Shown: piece by piece, positions 33,985-44,748 of the stretch | Layout: each line of letters begins with the position of its first letter | Numbering within the stretch: position 1 is the stretch's first letter | Virus record (IMG/VR): IMGVR_UViG_3300031994_002305 | Coordinates: 1 to 64,000 of that record | Source of the DNA: a virus | Taxonomy: Duplodnaviria; Heunggongvirae; Uroviricota; Caudoviricetes | Strand: one strand, 5' to 3' | DNA length: 64,000 nucleotides | The notes under the pieces: model-generated | Told to the model about the DNA's origin: nothing | Databases searched by the model: none | What the model saw: only the letters and a program-made list of their open reading frames with translations | Made by a program: the position numbers and the translations under genes

Positions 33985-35619
33985 TTAATATTTTCCTTTT
34001 CTTGTTCTAATTTTTTGAGCTTGTAATTTCATTTGCTCTTTAATCATTGATTTTGCATCATTATCATCAAAATCAGGATCACCGGCAGCAGTTTCAAAAA
34101 TTTTTGCACAAATTGTAAATGTACGAATTGATACTTCCATTTCTGCATCTTTATCAGATAATTCTACCAAATAATCATATGCTTTAATTTTTGATTTTGA
34201 TGTTAAATGTTCAGGATCAATATCAGGCATTAACTTTTTAATACGATCTAAAACATCTTCTTTAGTAAACTTGATATCTTGAATAAATGAACGTCCCCTA
34301 AGTGCTGAATCCAAACTACCAGCTTGATAATTGGTTATTACGATTATACCACCATTATAATAAAATTTCTTTGGTAGTGGAGTACCTTCATCATCTAATA
34401 GTTTTCCAGAAACTCCATAATTAACTAAACGTCCTTCATCATCTGATGTACTATCAAGAGCAGCTTTTAAAATGTTAATACAATCTTCAGGAGCACCTGG
34501 ACCTACAAGTCCATCTGCATCATCAATCAAAACAATATCGTTTTTATTTTTATATTCATATAATGTCATATAAAGAACACGTGGTGTGCATTTACCTTTT
34601 ATAGTACAAAGATTATGACCTTCGTTATATCCACCAGCTTTTAATTGTTTTTTTACATTATAAGTTTTACCAACACCAGGAGCACCACAAAGAATTACAG
34701 ATGGATTAATTCCTTTCATAACCATCTTAACATACTTTTGCATTTTCTTGAATACCATATCTGGATCTTCATGTTCTTCTTCAAATTGTTTCTGTAATTC
34801 TATAGTTTTTGCATCAATTTCACTTGTTATAGAAATATTATGTTTTAATGCTAATTTTAATTCACCTAAAGTTTGAACACCACCTTTAATAGCAGAATCT
34901 ATATCTTTAATATCTTGAATAACCTGTCTCCATGTAGCTTTTGCTTCTGGGGAATCATTCTTATGTATTTGTGCTTGTTTTAAATCATCATACTTTTTAC
35001 GTTTTAACTTTTTTATTTCTTCATCAACTTCATTAATCGTTTGTTGATTATTAAATATAGATTCAGTAAGTGATAGTTTCCATGTATCCCAAATTACATT
35101 ATCAGATAAGTTTTCAAAAACTTTATATTGTAAAGCACCAACATAATATTTAGATTCTTTAACATCATATTTGCCTCTACCAATTTTTATTGCTTCCTTT
35201 TGAGATAAACTATAATCTTGTTTTTGTACAACAGTCCAAATAATTGGTAAAAAATATACAATAGAACTACCCATCGTATAAATTGTTAAATCTGATTTAG
35301 CTTTACCATTCCATAAGATATCCATATCTTTAAAGAAATCTATTGAATATACTTCAATATTTTTTCCTGAAGTTGAAAAATTAATTTGGAACATTGATGA
35401 TTTATCTGGATTCTTTTTTGAAACTACCATATATTGTTTTGAATAATATTCTGATGTTCCTTGTTTAGTATGTGCAAATCCAACTAAAGGTACTAATCCA
35501 TCAATATGTTTTTTTAACGTATCATCAATTAATTCTAAAGCTTTATCAATTTTTTTAGAATTAAATGCTTCAGTTATAAACTGTTTACGAGTTTCTAAGA
35601 AATTTAAAAATGTATTCAT
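33985..35619 (-). CDS. AAA+ ATPase with long N-terminal region
   Basis: Walker A GAPGVGKT, Walker B VLIDDAD, sensor-1 IVITN, Arg finger ALRGR, sensor-2 SIR. Confidence 0.85.
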   Translation of the reverse strand: MNTFLNFLETRKQFITEAFNSKKIDKALELIDDTLKKHIDGLVPLVGFAHTKQGTSEYYSKQYMVVSKKNPDKSSMFQINFSTSGKNIEVYSIDFFKDMDILWNGKAKSDLTIYTMGSSIVYFLPIIWTVVQKQDYSLSQKEAIKIGRGKYDVKESKYYVGALQYKVFENLSDNVIWDTWKLSLTESIFNNQQTINEVDEEIKKLKRKKYDDLKQAQIHKNDSPEAKATWRQVIQDIKDIDSAIKGGVQTLGELKLALKHNISITSEIDAKTIELQKQFEEEHEDPDMVFKKMQKYVKMVMKGINPSVILCGAPGVGKTYNVKKQLKAGGYNEGHNLCTIKGKCTPRVLYMTLYEYKNKNDIVLIDDADGLVGPGAPEDCINILKAALDSTSDDEGRLVNYGVSGKLLDDEGTPLPKKFYYNGGIIVITNYQAGSLDSALRGRSFIQDIKFTKEDVLDRIKKLMPDIDPEHLTSKSKIKAYDYLVELSDKDAEMEVSIRTFTICAKIFETAAGDPDFDDNDAKSMIKEQMKLQAQKIRTRKGKY

Positions 35620-35622
35620 AAA

Positions 35623-37308
35623 TTATATAAAATATACTTGAATGTCTGGAATCATTATGTAACTTAATGAGTCATTTATATTATCGTTTTTATTAATATA
35701 ATATTTAAATCCTCCATGAAGAACTGGTATTTCCATTTTTGAATTTAATGAAATGTTACCAAATCCATCAATGCCAGGATATACTGTTTTTTCATATATA
35801 CAACGAGTTTCTGCATATGTGTATCTATTATTTATATTCTTTAATTCATATTTAATATAGAATCCATCTTTATATGCAGTTTCACCATATTCTGATATAA
35901 TATCTAAATCAATAGCTTTAATACAATCAACGTTATTTACTATCAATGATATCAATTCAGATTTTGCAATAAACAATACATCATTACTTAAATTTAAAAA
36001 GTATTCTCCTAATATATTACGTATTGATTGTATTGCCGTATCTTTATTATATACGTTATCTACTTTAACATAACATATAAATGCGAATTTACGAATAATT
36101 GGATCTTGGAATCTTAATGTTAAGCCAGCAAATGTTTTATTTGAATTTTCAAGAGTATTTTCGATCATTTCTTTTTGTTCATTTGTTAATAACATATCTG
36201 AAACATTCATTGAATAATAATCTTCAATATCTTTAATTTTTGATTTAATGTTAGTTAAACATGTAGCATTTATAAACATACTATTTGATTCACCCCAACA
36301 TGACGTATAACCAATAAATGAAAAACGTTTGAAAAATAATTTGAAATTATCTTCAGATACTAACACAGATGAACGTGAATTTGTTCCAACCATATTTCTA
36401 ATAAATTGTATTGTATCTGAATCATTACCACCAGATGTGCAGTTAACTAATGATAATGTGACATAATCATTTAAATTAACTGCATTATTTAATGAGTCAT
36501 TACCATATTCATTAAATGTAAAATCATAACTATCTGAAGATAAAATATTTCCTAAAGTTCCATTATGAATTAAGTAGTCTATTGTAATTGTATCACCTTC
36601 ATTTAATCTTTTTCCATTTACGTTATTTCCAAAAATAATATCGAACGAATTTTCAAATCCATTATTTAATATATATTCATGACCATCCTCAGTCATATCA
36701 TATAAATTGCCTACTTCATTCCAAATTTCTCCATTTACTTTAACTTCCATATATTCTTTATCAAATAATTCAGATGTTGCAACATGAATAGTTTCTAAAT
36801 TATATCCTTTTGCTACAGCAGTTGATCGTTTGAACGATCCTTGAACAATTTTAAATTCATGTGACATCAAAGGTTTAGATAAATCAATTATGTAATAATT
36901 AGTAGGCAATATAATTGAATAAGTAATACCAGTTTCTCTATTAACTACTTGAGTTTTATTTTGGATATATATTTTTGATGATTTTGATGTTAATCCATTA
37001 TTCATTTGCACTTTTCCGATTAATGTTCCGCATGCAGCAGCTCCATAATAAGCTTCATAACCAGATATTTTTGCTAATGAATAAACTGATTTTTTACGTG
37101 TTGCCGTAAAAATATTTTGTTCAGTTAAAGCATCTTCAATATAGAACATTATATTTTGCATAATGCCCTTAATACCATCAAATATTACACCAAATATTTG
37201 AGTATGTGTATATTCTAAACCTAAATTATTAAATGTTTTAGCAAGATATCTTCTTACTGTATCATCAAATTTTTCAAAACTTAATTCGGTTTTCTTAAAT
37301 AAATTCAT
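35623..37308 (-). CDS. Baseplate wedge protein (T4 gp6-like)
   Basis: NIFTATRKKSVYSLAKISGY, IIFGNNVNGKRL, GGNDSDTIQFIR and VSEDNF; adjacent to a gp25-like gene. Confidence 0.8.
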   Translation of the reverse strand: MNLFKKTELSFEKFDDTVRRYLAKTFNNLGLEYTHTQIFGVIFDGIKGIMQNIMFYIEDALTEQNIFTATRKKSVYSLAKISGYEAYYGAAACGTLIGKVQMNNGLTSKSSKIYIQNKTQVVNRETGITYSIILPTNYYIIDLSKPLMSHEFKIVQGSFKRSTAVAKGYNLETIHVATSELFDKEYMEVKVNGEIWNEVGNLYDMTEDGHEYILNNGFENSFDIIFGNNVNGKRLNEGDTITIDYLIHNGTLGNILSSDSYDFTFNEYGNDSLNNAVNLNDYVTLSLVNCTSGGNDSDTIQFIRNMVGTNSRSSVLVSEDNFKLFFKRFSFIGYTSCWGESNSMFINATCLTNIKSKIKDIEDYYSMNVSDMLLTNEQKEMIENTLENSNKTFAGLTLRFQDPIIRKFAFICYVKVDNVYNKDTAIQSIRNILGEYFLNLSNDVLFIAKSELISLIVNNVDCIKAIDLDIISEYGETAYKDGFYIKYELKNINNRYTYAETRCIYEKTVYPGIDGFGNISLNSKMEIPVLHGGFKYYINKNDNINDSLSYIMIPDIQVYFI

Positions 37309-37310
37309 AA

Positions 37311-37655
37311 TTATCTAAATTCATATTGTCTTTGTATATTATTTCCTGAATCATCTGAAACAGAAATATTAACATCATATATCATTCTGTAATCACCTTT
37401 AATTGTATTTACAAATATTGATACATGTAAATTTTTTAAAAAATATGTATCTTTTATTTTATCTTCAATATACTTTTTTACTGAATTAGGAGAAGGTGAT
37501 AATTGCCATAAAAATTGTTCAAAATCAGTTCCAAATAATGGATCACCAATTAATTCAGTATTTGTTGTGTTTAATAAAATATCTAATTCTTGTACACCAG
37601 CATCTAAATCATTTTTTATGAATACTCTATGATCTAATGATAAATCTAATATCAT
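37311..37655 (-). CDS. Baseplate wedge protein (gp25-like)
   Basis: QELDILLNTTNTELIGDPLFGTD motif; ATG start at 37655. Confidence 0.75.
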   Translation of the reverse strand: MILDLSLDHRVFIKNDLDAGVQELDILLNTTNTELIGDPLFGTDFEQFLWQLSPSPNSVKKYIEDKIKDTYFLKNLHVSIFVNTIKGDYRMIYDVNISVSDDSGNNIQRQYEFR

Positions 37656-37666
37656 AATATAAAATA

Positions 37667-39787
37667 TTAATTTATTGACCAATTACCAGAAGATATATAT
37701 GTACCTTCTCCATCTGTTATATTATATATTCCTTCAACGTTATCAAGATAATTTGAATTAATTTCAAATATAACAAAAATATCATTTCGTCCAATTTCAA
37801 TATATTCATTGTTGTCAATAATTATCTTGAATACATCTACTTTTGACATATATTCTGATAAGTTAATACCTATTTTTTGATTTAATGCTGGACGTAATGT
37901 TATATTTTGTAAATCTTTAACTTTATAAAAAATTGGCTTAAATATAATTTTTTGATTATTGTTTTTATTTATTATTGGTATTTCATTGCTTTCTTTATGA
38001 ACAATACATTTTATAGAATTAATAAAATTAATATTTGTATCATTATTTAAATCAATTACTTTCATAATATCTTTATTATTAGTTTCTTTATTTAATATTG
38101 AAAGAGTAGTTAATCTATAGACCTTAGGATCATTAATTAAATATTTAAACCATTCTTTTGTAATAATAACTAAGTTACTTTTTATTTCTATGCCTAACAC
38201 ATGATCATAAAATGTAGTTCTTATTAACAATTGTTCTGGCTTATGCTCCCATTTTTCAAATATATTATTTAATTTGAAAGCAAAGTCGTCAATATCATTA
38301 AAATTAACTCTAACATTAGTTTCATAAATAATATGCTTAAAATATTGGTCTGAAGCAATTTCAATCTTAAAGCCTAAGAATTGTGTTGTGGTACCAAATT
38401 CTTCTTCATATTCTTTAACTATTGTTTCTTTCATAATTTGTTTCCAAACATTTAACAATTCAGTTTTATCTTCATAGTTAACATTGGTAACTTCTTTAAC
38501 AGTTTGTATAATATCGTCACTAATTGTGTCTACTGCATCAATTTCTTCTATTTCTTTTAAAACATCTTCATTAATAAATAAGTTATAATACTTATCATCA
38601 ACATTATTATAATATTTATATGCTTCTTTAATAGGTGATGTTGTTTCATCGTCTTTATATAATGAATAAAAATATGATTTATTAGGATAATTAAAAAATG
38701 ATACTAATGAAATAATGCCTTCAGAAAAACCTAATCTTGACATCAAACTAAATTTAAATTCATTATGTATTGAAGAATAACCTTGATTTAAATTAGAATC
38801 TAAAATGTATAAATTTGTTTGTTCATCAATTTCAGAATAAGGATATAAAACTATATTTAATGTATTTGTCAAGTAGTTGTCATTAATTGACATATTACTT
38901 TTTAAATATAACTTTACAAATATTTTTTCATCATTACTTAAATCATTATCATAATTAAATTTTGAATCAGCTGCATATTCTTCAATTATTCTATAAGGTT
39001 GTATAAATAAATTAAATGGTACAATTTGTGCATCACTATATTCATTATCTTCATAATGCTCAATATCAGAAGAATTACTCATAATAGAATTAATAAATTT
39101 TTCATTACGAGTAGATGCAACAATATTAAAATCTTCTTTATAGAAAATATTATAATTTCCTAATTCATCAACTTTAAATAAATCTTGCATATTTGGAAAA
39201 TAAAATTCTATAAATTCCGAATAGCATTCATTATTAATTTTTATTTCTGTCTCAGAATTTGTTATTAAATTATTTATAGGCTTACACAAATAATGAATAT
39301 GAATATTATTTACATAATTTGATATATCTAAAATTGCAGTTAAATTACGTTTTGTGATTGGGTGATATAAACGAATTTTATCACATTTTATTTGTGCAGA
39401 AACTAATGTATTATGTTTAATTTGAAATAATTCATAAACATCTTTACCATATTTGCCATCTATAAATAATGATTCATTATTTGGCAAATTAAAATTATCA
39501 TTAAATTTAACATAATTATTACTAAATGAATTAATTTTTGCATCAGTTACTGGAAATGAAATAACATCACTAAAACTATTTGTTGATTTTAATTCATTTA
39601 TATATTCATTAAAATATTTTTTCTCTATAAGATATATATCATTATCATGAACTAAATTATTCATTATATTATAATTTCTTAACATAACAAATTCAGCCAT
39701 GTACTGATTGTCAATCAAATCAGTATTTACATCATAATATTCTATTAAATATTTATATTCGTTAATATTTAAGATACTTCTTTTCAC
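37667..39787 (-). CDS. Large hypothetical protein, likely virion-associated
   Basis: 706 aa ORF co-oriented directly upstream of the baseplate genes. Confidence 0.55.
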   Translation of the reverse strand: MKRSILNINEYKYLIEYYDVNTDLIDNQYMAEFVMLRNYNIMNNLVHDNDIYLIEKKYFNEYINELKSTNSFSDVISFPVTDAKINSFSNNYVKFNDNFNLPNNESLFIDGKYGKDVYELFQIKHNTLVSAQIKCDKIRLYHPITKRNLTAILDISNYVNNIHIHYLCKPINNLITNSETEIKINNECYSEFIEFYFPNMQDLFKVDELGNYNIFYKEDFNIVASTRNEKFINSIMSNSSDIEHYEDNEYSDAQIVPFNLFIQPYRIIEEYAADSKFNYDNDLSNDEKIFVKLYLKSNMSINDNYLTNTLNIVLYPYSEIDEQTNLYILDSNLNQGYSSIHNEFKFSLMSRLGFSEGIISLVSFFNYPNKSYFYSLYKDDETTSPIKEAYKYYNNVDDKYYNLFINEDVLKEIEEIDAVDTISDDIIQTVKEVTNVNYEDKTELLNVWKQIMKETIVKEYEEEFGTTTQFLGFKIEIASDQYFKHIIYETNVRVNFNDIDDFAFKLNNIFEKWEHKPEQLLIRTTFYDHVLGIEIKSNLVIITKEWFKYLINDPKVYRLTTLSILNKETNNKDIMKVIDLNNDTNINFINSIKCIVHKESNEIPIINKNNNQKIIFKPIFYKVKDLQNITLRPALNQKIGINLSEYMSKVDVFKIIIDNNEYIEIGRNDIFVIFEINSNYLDNVEGIYNITDGEGTYISSGNWSIN

Positions 39788-39838
39788 AAATTAATCAAAT
39801 AACTATTTATTAAAAATATATATTTAGTTTGATTTTTT

Positions 39839-39869
39839 ATTGAATTTCTAGAAATTTAAACTATATTTT
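39839..39869 (+). promoter_or_regulatory. Early promoter, ATTG-N19-TATATTTT
   Basis: Fixed-spacing motif at the divergence point. Confidence 0.6.
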
Positions 39870-40709
39870 AAATACAAATAATAAATAAAAAACATAAATA
39901 TGAAAACTTGGAAGATAGTTAAAAAGATTTATGATGGAAATACTAAAATCATTAAATACGATAAGAATTGTATTTGTGACTTTATAGAAAATGAACCACA
40001 ACTTAATGAAGTGATATATTTAACATATCGCAGGAAATTTATATTCTTTTGGGAACGTATGGGGCAACTTTCAGAAGAAGGTTTAATCAATCTTTGTAAA
40101 CGTGTTTCAGAATCTCCCATACATATGACAATTGAAGATATTTTTATTTTGAAAAACTTTTAATCAGTTAAATATGGATAAGAATAGTATTTACGTTAAG
40201 AACTCAGTTGAGAATCTTCGTGAGTATGCAAAGCTGCATGGACTGAAACTTGTGTTTCGTAACACTCCTACTAATGCTGGTGATTTCTGTTTTTTCATTT
40301 ATAAACCAGTATATATGGGCTATCATACAAAATATTTGATTGGATTTGATGGATCTTGGAATGTCGATTCAAAAGATAGTATTAGTTTTGATAGATGTTG
40401 GGATGCCGCTCATAAGTTTATTTCAAATTATAAAGCCTAATGAGACCACGTATAAGTACATTTGGAAAAATAACTCGTAAAGAATTAGAGCAATATCTTA
40501 ACGAGAATCAAGTATATGGATTTACTGCTAAAGTAAATGAAGATACAATTACATATAGTTATACTATGATGTTTAGAGATAATAAAAAAGATCCCGAAAT
40601 ACTATATGTTAAAGTATCTAAAGCTTCAAAACTTGTAATTAATGCTTATACAAATAGAGGAAAGAAATTTAATAATGTTGATGAATTAAAAAAGTATACG
40701 AAAAAATAA

Positions 40710-41021
40710 TTAAATGAATGGGTTATCTTTAAGAGCTTCCAATATTTTTTCACATTGCATACATTCGTTCTTAAAGTTAATAACTTCTTCAACAGTAAGA
40801 TCAAACCATTCATTTTTTATATTTGATGGTGCATGTTTAGCATGCATCATCTTTTCAATTTTTAATGGATTATCTGTTTCATAAAAACTATGCAACCAAA
40901 TTTCAAAAGGATTACCAGTTTGGAGTTCTCTTATTCTTTTATGAATATCTTTATTCTTTGTCATTCCTATTTTAAATTTTTCACCGTCACATAATAAATA
41001 AACAAATCCATGATTTAACAT
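40710..41021 (-). CDS. GIY-YIG (T5orf172/MUG113-like) domain protein
   Basis: Motifs GFVYLL, FKIGMT, RIRELQTGNP, IEKMMH and NEWF. Confidence 0.85.
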   Translation of the reverse strand: MLNHGFVYLLCDGEKFKIGMTKNKDIHKRIRELQTGNPFEIWLHSFYETDNPLKIEKMMHAKHAPSNIKNEWFDLTVEEVINFKNECMQCEKILEALKDNPFI

Positions 41022-41048
41022 TTTTAAACAAAAATAAATTTAAATAAT

Positions 41049-41079
41049 ATTGAAAATATATTAAAAAGTACTATATTTT
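41049..41079 (+). promoter_or_regulatory. Early promoter, ATTG-N19-TATATTTT
   Basis: Fixed-spacing motif upstream of ORF 41114. Confidence 0.6.
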
Positions 41080-41113
41080 ATAAGTAATAATATTTAAATC
41101 AAACGAAATATAT

Positions 41114-43593
41114 ATGAACAATGTAATGAAAATTTCTGAGTTAATTGAAAAATTGGAAGAAATTAAAAAAAATAAAGGTGATCTACCAATTGGCACAGAT
41201 GCAAATGTAGATATTGCATATTTGGAATCAGTAAATGTTAACACTCATTATTTTTATGATATTGGAGAACATTTTATTCCTAAAGATGAAAAAATTAAAG
41301 AACAAGAGTTTGTTATGTTAAAATTTGAATTCTAATTGTATTAAATATGAATAATATTACAAAACTTGCATTTAAATTCAGAGATTGGTTTAATAGTGAT
41401 AAATTTCCTGAAGATTTGGAAACTGCAGATGTAGAAGATTGTGTACTAGCATGGGCAGATTATTCTGAGACAGATCTTGGAGATAATTTTGATGCAGTAT
41501 GCGAACGTATTGTTGAATTGGGAATATGTTAATATGAAAAAATTTTGCTATTTTTTAATTGGATTTATGTTTGCTTTGTTTTTCACAACCTTTATGGATT
41601 TTGAATTTTCAGAAGCATTACGTAATTATAATTTTGTATATTTAGCAAAATATATTGGTCCTGCTTTATTTGGCGGATTACTTTACATGATTATTACTAT
41701 ATTTGGCGAACGTTTAGATAAAATTGAAAAAGATATTAATGAATTAAATAAAAAGTAATTATGAAGAATATTGCTAACGATTACGAAAAGTACGAAACAT
41801 CAAACAATTATCAGAAGACTAAGAAGCATAATAAGAACAAGTGGAAGTAATTATGAATAAGTCTCTTTATTACATTGAATGTACTTGTATTAAGGATTGT
41901 TCATATCCTAATATTGATTTTCATATTGGGGATGTTTTCTATTACAATAAGAAAGCAGCTTCAAATGAAATGTATTTATTTTATTCTTATAAGAATAAAA
42001 GATATCCAACAGAACAAGAAAAAGACTATATTGGTGTAACATTTGGTAAATATACTTCTCATATTCCATTTACAAGACAAAAAAGATTTGCAAAGAAGTG
42101 GGAAATTAAGAGATATCCTGATTGGGAAGCTAGAATAATTAATGAGAAAGGTGAGTTTAATGCTGTTGTAAAGGAAATTAAAGTAACATACGAAGAGGAG
42201 GAAGTATAATGGAAGAATACCCAACGATAATTACTGAATGTTATAAATTACCACCATTTGGTAATTTTACAATAGGATCATCATATGTATTACATGAGGA
42301 ACGTATGAATGATATTGCATGGTTTTGGTGTTATGATGATAAATATGAAAGACACCAATTTCACGAAAAAGGCTATATTAAATATTTTAAATAATGAAAG
42401 AATTAACAGATATTGTAAAAGATTTTGAATTAACCTCAGGAGCGTTTTTAAAACATTATTGTGTTTTAGGTATTAAATGTTTCTATGATATTATCGAAGG
42501 AACATGGGATAATAAACCTTATAAAGATTTTATCTTATATGTATCTACTCCTAATTCAAAAGATATGTATAATGCCAATGTTGCAAGAGAAACAATTATT
42601 GATGAATTAACAGATACTAATAATTGTTATATGGGCATATATGCAAACTATGATGCAAACTATGATATGATGAAGGATCGTACTGTTATTATTCTTCGTA
42701 AATATAATGATGATAAAGAATTGTATTAATTATGAAAGATTTTAGTAAAGAACCAATTCGTATTGCCCACGTCATTCTTTGGCGTAAAGGTTGGTATCAA
42801 CATAGTGGTAATATATATGATTATGATTCTACTATGAAAGATATTCGTGAAATGCTGAAATATGATGGTTATGAACCACAGTTTATGACTAACAAAGATG
42901 TAATGCATATTATAATCAGAGCATACGATGAATATTTTCTGTGGGCATTAAACAATAATGTATCTGGTTTTTATGATCCTTTAATGAGTGTTATTACTGG
43001 AACATATCATAATTGTTATCCAAATAATCCATTTATGTTTAATATGGTACTTGAAATTCTTGCGAAGTTTGCTTGGGTTGAAACAAAATATTTGAAGTTA
43101 CCTACGCCACATTATAATAAAAATACATATAAGATAGGTTGTTATAAACCAGGTATGACATATACTTGGATGAATAAATATGCTAAAGAAACATTTGAAC
43201 AACATGAAGTGGTATAATGAATCAAATTTTGAATTAAGAACTGGTACTGTATATGTAGTACATTATTCTGAAAAATCTCGTAAGGATGTTATTACACAAG
43301 ATAAATTAGATAAAGAAAAACGTGATACTACATTTAAGTATGACCCTACTAAATCATTTGTAAAGGAAGGACGATGGTGGAGTCCAAATATGTCTACACC
43401 ATTTGTGTGGGCGTTTCATTTCAATAGAATTAATTGGAAAAATGCAAAGGCCTGGATTTATGAAGAAGATTTGTTACAAGAATATTATGCAAATAATGAG
43501 AAGCCCGTAGAACCAGCGGATATTGTAGAAAAATTAAATTTATCTGATGAAAACTTAAATTTATCTGAAATTCAAGTGAATAAATTAAGATAA
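41114..43593 (+). other. Array of small hypothetical early genes
   Basis: Packed + strand ORFs of 29-161 aa. Confidence 0.65.
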
Positions 43594-43695
43594 TGTAAAT
43601 ATTATTAAAAAACAATAAAATAACAAACGATTGGTAGTATTGGAAAGTTATCTACCCGTACATCAATCAATAATAAAATATAAAGTATAATTATT

Positions 43696-44166
43696 ATGAT
43701 TGGAACAATAAGTTTTAAAAAGTTTTCAGGTGAGAGACTTGAAAGTGTTACAGATTATATCAAGAATTATCTCAAGGAACATAATGAGCCTATTGACATA
43801 ATTGTTGGTACAGACTCTCAAAACAAGGCAAGAACAACAACATATTCAACAGTTATTGTTCTTTATACACCAGGTCATGGTGGCCACTGTATATTTAAGC
43901 GTTGGAATACTCCAAAGGAAAAAGTTCGTCAAACACGTCTTCTTAAAGAAGTTGAGGAATCTCTTAACGTTGCTAAAGAACTAGTAGACAATGGATGCCC
44001 AAAGCCAAAGTATATTGATATTGATATTAATCCAAATCCAAAATATAAGTCTAACGAAGTTTTCGCTGCTGCTAAAGGATGGGTTGAGGGTGAAGGTTAT
44101 GAAGTACGTTTCAAGACTATTGCACCACTTGCAACATCTGCAGCCGATTGGCTTGTTAAATGCTAA
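43696..44166 (+). CDS. RNase H-like YkuK (DUF458) family protein
   Basis: IIVGTDSQ, GHGG, RLLKEVEES, IDIDIN and AAD. Confidence 0.8.
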   Translation: MIGTISFKKFSGERLESVTDYIKNYLKEHNEPIDIIVGTDSQNKARTTTYSTVIVLYTPGHGGHCIFKRWNTPKEKVRQTRLLKEVEESLNVAKELVDNGCPKPKYIDIDINPNPKYKSNEVFAAAKGWVEGEGYEVRFKTIAPLATSAADWLVKC

Positions 44167-44192
44167 AGAGGGTTCTTTAAAGAACCCTCTTT
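44165..44192. terminator. Bidirectional terminator (28 bp perfect palindrome)
   Basis: AAAGAGGGTTCTTTAAAGAACCCTCTTT between convergent genes. Confidence 0.8.
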
Positions 44193-44366
44193 CTATATTT
44201 TATATCTTTTAAATCTTTTCTTTCTTTTTGATTTTACAAATCCTGTATTAGGAATATCACCAGATCCAGGTTGTGTTTCTGTTGGAAAATTAATATTTCC
44301 CATACCTAATGTTGTTGCTGGTGTTGTAAAAATTTCTTCCTTTATAAATTGTTTTAAATCTTTCAT
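44193..44366 (-). CDS. 57 aa putative internal head protein (not in the ORF track)
   Basis: MKDLKQFIKEEIFTTPATTLGMGNINFPTETQPGSGDIPNTGFVKSKRKKRFKRYKI: capsid-targeting-like start and basic tail. Confidence 0.65.
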   Translation of the reverse strand: MKDLKQFIKEEIFTTPATTLGMGNINFPTETQPGSGDIPNTGFVKSKRKKRFKRYKI

Positions 44367-44369
44367 AAA

Positions 44370-44723
44370 TTATTCATCAATATCATCGCCAAAATATGAC
44401 ATAAATGCAGCAATATATTCTTTACCATCTAATTTAAATGATATCTCCCAATCGTTTGAAGTTTCTTGAGATGTTACTTTAATGTTTTTATCCCAATTAT
44501 CATTTAAGAATTTTGCTATTTCTTTACATGCTTTATCTGGATCTGAATCATTAAAATTATCAAACCATCCATTATCTAATAATCCTTGACAATCTTTTGG
44601 TTCAACTTTTCCATCTTTTCCATCAGGCATTTCCCCAAGACATGCCCATTTGGCAAAATCACCTACAGTTGCTTGATCAACATGTTTTTTACCTTCTAAT
44701 ATAAATTCTTTAATATTTTTCAT
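44370..44723 (-). CDS. Putative internal head protein (capsid-targeting N-terminus)
   Basis: N-terminus MKNIKEFILE. Confidence 0.6.
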   Translation of the reverse strand: MKNIKEFILEGKKHVDQATVGDFAKWACLGEMPDGKDGKVEPKDCQGLLDNGWFDNFNDSDPDKACKEIAKFLNDNWDKNIKVTSQETSNDWEISFKLDGKEYIAAFMSYFGDDIDE

Positions 44724-44748
44724 TATTTATCTTTAATTATTAATATTT

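Noticed and set aside
40710-41021. Mobile homing endonuclease or intron
   Set aside because: It is a single short catalytic domain with no DNA-binding extension and no interrupted host gene.
43625-43670. Purine-riboswitch-like words (TCTACC, CCGTA) upstream of the YkuK-like gene
   Set aside because: Too short; it lacks the P2/P3 spacing and the TATAAT...ATATGG elements. At most a small hairpin.
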